From: a virus
Lineage: Duplodnaviria > Caudoviricetes
Direction: 5' to 3' (one strand)
Virus record (IMG/VR): IMGVR_UViG_3300025687_000003
Coordinates: 1-62,293 of that record
Length of the DNA stretch: 62,293 nucleotides
The notes under the pieces are model-generated. The model was given only the letters and a program-made list of their open reading frames with translations. It was not told the origin of the DNA and searched no databases. The translations under genes and the position numbers were made by a program. Each line of letters starts with the position of its first letter. The stretch's first letter is position 1. Shown here piece after piece: positions 59,925 to 62,293 of the stretch.

Positions 59925-60196
59925 GGTGCTCCAGCGGCAAGGCCGGGTTCTCCAGCAGACGCAAGGCCCGGCACGCCGGTCGCCTGGTACGCGAGGGGGG
60001 CGTGTTCCTGAAGGCGTACCCCTGCGGCGAGTGCGGCCGCTGGCACCTCGCCACCGTCAAAGGCGGCGCCGTCCCCCGGGCGTCGACCGCGCGACCGACC
60101 CCGCACCCCCGACACCTGTCGATGGAGGGCCTCGAAGAGCTCGCCGCCCGGATGCGCGCCGAGCGGTGCCCTCCCCCAGAAACGGAGACCTCATGA
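59921..60196 (+). CDS. Small zinc-binding phage protein
   Basis: C.SGK..F...AYPCGECGRWHL. Confidence 0.75.
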   Translation: MRCSSGKAGFSSRRKARHAGRLVREGGVFLKAYPCGECGRWHLATVKGGAVPRASTARPTPHPRHLSMEGLEELAARMRAERCPPPETETS

Positions 60197-60456
60197 CCCT
60201 CGCCGACAAGATCGACGCCTACCAGAAGCGCATGCGGGAGATCGGCCGCATGACGCCGGAGGAGGCCGCCGCAGCGAAGCGGGAAGTCTTCCGTACGGAC
60301 CCCTTCGTTGGCGGAGCCCACCGCGCTGGAGCCACGGACGACCAGCTGATTCTGCTGCTCGTCGAGGAGATGCGCCTGTCCAGGGCTGCGGCCGAAGCAC
60401 TCGCCGAATCGAACGTGAGGGACATCGTCCTTCCTGCGAGCCAGGCGGAGGCGTAG
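60193..60456 (+). CDS. Hypothetical protein
   Basis: GGAG RBS. Confidence 0.68.
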   Translation: MTLADKIDAYQKRMREIGRMTPEEAAAAKREVFRTDPFVGGAHRAGATDDQLILLLVEEMRLSRAAAEALAESNVRDIVLPASQAEA

Positions 60457-60501
60457 CCGCCCTCGTTGACGCCCGCCCCCAAGGCGAGCTATGTCTGGGT
60501 C

Positions 60502-60753
60502 GTGACAAAGCCCGAAGAACGCCTGCCCTGGTGGTCCTTCCCTCGACTGGGAGAGGCTGGCGTCCGCATCTGCTCCGCCTTGGACGGGTCCCCCGGGATG
60601 ACCACGGCCGAGATCGTGGACCACCCCCTGCTCTTCCCGAGCAACGACCGCACGGTCCAGACAGCGCTCACGCAGCTCCACAAGAGGGGCATCGTCGAGG
60701 GCGCCCGGGACCCCAACCAACGCCGCCGCTTCATCTGGAAGCTGTTGCAGTAG
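60502..60753 (+). CDS. Winged-helix (MarR/BlaI-like) regulator, probably leaderless
   Basis: MTTAEI...RTVQTALTQLHKRGIV...D..R; TTGACG-N18-TATGTC ends 6 nt before the GTG. Confidence 0.75.
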   Translation: MTKPEERLPWWSFPRLGEAGVRICSALDGSPGMTTAEIVDHPLLFPSNDRTVQTALTQLHKRGIVEGARDPNQRRRFIWKLLQ

Positions 60754-60924
60754 CGCGACCGTTGCACGCCGAATTGCGCGTGTGCAACGCACGCCACGGG
60801 CGCACCCGGCATATCGCTGGCACGCTGCGTGCAACGCCCCCGCCGCATGACCGACCAGCTGCGCGAAGTCCTCGAAGAACGCCGTCGGCGTCGCGACCGC
60901 CACCACCGCTGGTGGGCGGTCGCG

Positions 60925-61308
60925 TTAGCCCTGATCCTCCTGCTCTTGGCTGTTCAGGGCTGGCTCTGCGTGGATGCTGGTGTCTCCCTGGGTGGCGGTG
61001 AACGTCACCCCGACCATGCCTCCCATGATCACGACGACGACGAGCATGATGACGCTCATAGTCATGAAGCGCTTTGAGTCGTGCTGCCGTAGCGCCGTGA
61101 GTTCCTCGCGGATGGCGTTGGTCATCTGCTCCATGGCCTGGGCCTGGCGGTGCAGGCTCGATGACAGGATGCCCATGACCGGGTCGTCCTCCAGCGCGCG
61201 GAACGCCGTGCGCACCACAGCCACGTGCTGTCGGTTGTCTTCGCCCTGTGCCGCCAAAGTGGTCAGCGCTTGGTCCACCTGGTCTTTGTCGTAGCGGTCA
61301 CTGCTCAT
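60925..61308 (-). CDS. Coiled-coil plus single-TM protein, candidate holin or lysis accessory
   Basis: AGGAG RBS; FMTMSVIMLVVVVIMGGMVGV transmembrane segment; last gene of the endolysin operon. Confidence 0.6.
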   Translation of the reverse strand: MSSDRYDKDQVDQALTTLAAQGEDNRQHVAVVRTAFRALEDDPVMGILSSSLHRQAQAMEQMTNAIREELTALRQHDSKRFMTMSVIMLVVVVIMGGMVGVTFTATQGDTSIHAEPALNSQEQEDQG

Positions 61309-61721
61309 CGTCGCTCCTGGCCAGCATGGCTGCCGCGCTCTTGGTTAACGCGGCGCTCGCTCGACAGGCACCCAGGGCCTGTTCGAGGCTTGTACCACGC
61401 CGGTTCGGTGCGCGCCGGAGCTTCGCTATGGCGTGAAGCTCTCCCTCGTGCGTGAACGCGCGCCACCGCATCTCGACCCACCCGGTTGGGGGTCTTGTAG
61501 CGGTTGACGAAGCCCACGACGACGGAGGCGTCCTTCAGCAGCCCGGCGGCCGCCTTCTGCGACGGGGCCAGGTCGTCTGGGTGAACGAAGCGCTCCAGCC
61601 ACACGGACAGGAGCATGCCCTCCAGATCACGCAGGGGCACGCCCAGAAGGTCCTCCCACCCCGTGGGCAGGCCGACGACGATGAAGTCCTGCCCCGAGCG
61701 GCGAAGCGTCAGCGAGAGCAC
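61298..61721 (-). pseudogene. PAS-domain protein interrupted by a +1 frameshift (pseudogene, assembly error or recoding)
   Basis: Frame 0 gives WEDLLG...FVHPDD...FVNRYKTP; the +1 frame continues TGWVEMRWRAFTHEGELHAIAK to a stop at 61298-61300. Confidence 0.75.
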
Positions 61722-61731
61722 GGCTCAGCCC

Positions 61732-61953
61732 TCAGTCAGCACGCGCGTCGCGCAGGGCGTCCATGAAGGCGCTGATCTTGTTCGTCACCCGACCGAGCTC
61801 CCGGAAGGTGACCCGGCCGTCCTCGACCACGTCCACGCACACCTCGACCACGTCGAAGGCCTTGTCCACCAGCGCGGGGACCTCGTCGGGCTTGACGTTG
61901 CTGTCGGCCAGCTTCTGGGCCAGGCGCTCAGCGCGCTCACGGATCTCGGTCAT
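61732..61953 (-). CDS. Small helical protein in the lysis cassette
   Basis: GAGG RBS; ATGA overlap with the amidase stop. Confidence 0.72.
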   Translation of the reverse strand: MTEIRERAERLAQKLADSNVKPDEVPALVDKAFDVVEVCVDVVEDGRVTFRELGRVTNKISAFMDALRDARAD

Positions 61954-62293
61954 CTGGTCCTCTCGGTGTGGTGGATCAGCAGCCCCTGCACGTAGCACGC
62001 TGCGAGCTTCCGCCTGTAGCCGCGATCGCGGAGCAGCGCCACGTCCTCCGCCGACGTGAAGAACCCGCCCTCCACCAACACGGCGGGGGCGCGGGTCTCG
62101 CGGAGCATGTAGAAGTTGGCCTCGCGGGGGTGTCGCGCGCGGAGACCGTTCGCCACGACCTGCTGGTGGATCGCCTTGGCGTAGCCGTCGGCGTCCGTCT
62201 TGCCGGGGCTGGTGAAGGCCGTGATGCCCCGCGCAGCCCGCGAGGGCCCCGCGATGACGTTGCCCACCGCGTTGGTGTGGATGCTGAGCACCA
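61950..62293 (-). CDS. Amidase_3 endolysin, 3' part
   Basis: SIHTNA...NFYMLRETRAPAVLVEGGF. Confidence 0.92.
   Translation of the reverse strand, partial: VLSIHTNAVGNVIAGPSRAARGITAFTSPGKTDADGYAKAIHQQVVANGLRARHPREANFYMLRETRAPAVLVEGGFFTSAEDVALLRDRGYRRKLAACYVQGLLIHHTERTR
62167..62293. repeat. Terminal overlap, copy 2
   Basis: Identical to 1-127. Confidence 0.97.

Noticed and set aside
60925-61721. Frameshift fusion of PAS to the downstream membrane protein
   Set aside because: The membrane gene is in the third frame, which has a TAG between the slip site and its start
62167-62293. 127-bp repeat as a biological terminal repeat
   Set aside because: It lies mid-gene and equals a common assembler k-mer size, so it is most likely a circularisation overlap

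Overview
The window is an apparently complete, circularly assembled, high-GC tailed-phage genome. Bases 1-127 recur at 62167-62293, so the unique circle is 62,166 bp. The minus-strand late arm runs from about 30.2 kb leftward and encodes terminase, portal, scaffold, major capsid, decoration protein, adaptor, nozzle-like beta-propeller and large ejection-like proteins, a podovirus-like layout with no tape measure or sheath recognised. A second minus-strand block crosses the origin and encodes virion proteins, an Amidase_3 endolysin, a frameshifted PAS protein and a membrane protein. The plus-strand arm has an early cluster at 31.9-40.1 kb (RadC/JAB, GP88-like, wHTH, pentapeptide repeat, C5-methyltransferase) and a replication cluster at 44.7-59.5 kb (primase-helicase, Cas4/RecB-like nuclease, SF2 helicase, SSB-like, PolA, RuvC-like). 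I recognised no integrase, RNA polymerase or tRNA. The most striking unexplained features are: a ~150-bp near-identical inverted repeat splitting the circle into 37.4 and 24.4 kb arcs; five sigma54-like TGGCACG-N4-NTG(C/A)A sites, two of them divergent around a nest of palindromes; CTAAG/CTTA-rich islands and a perfect 40-bp palindrome bracketing the early region; an ORF built of shuffled PolA and terminase-like motifs; a PolA with altered motifs B and C plus a zinc-finger insert; and a PAS domain in the lysis cassette interrupted by a +1 frameshift. All family calls come from visual motif recognition, not database searches.
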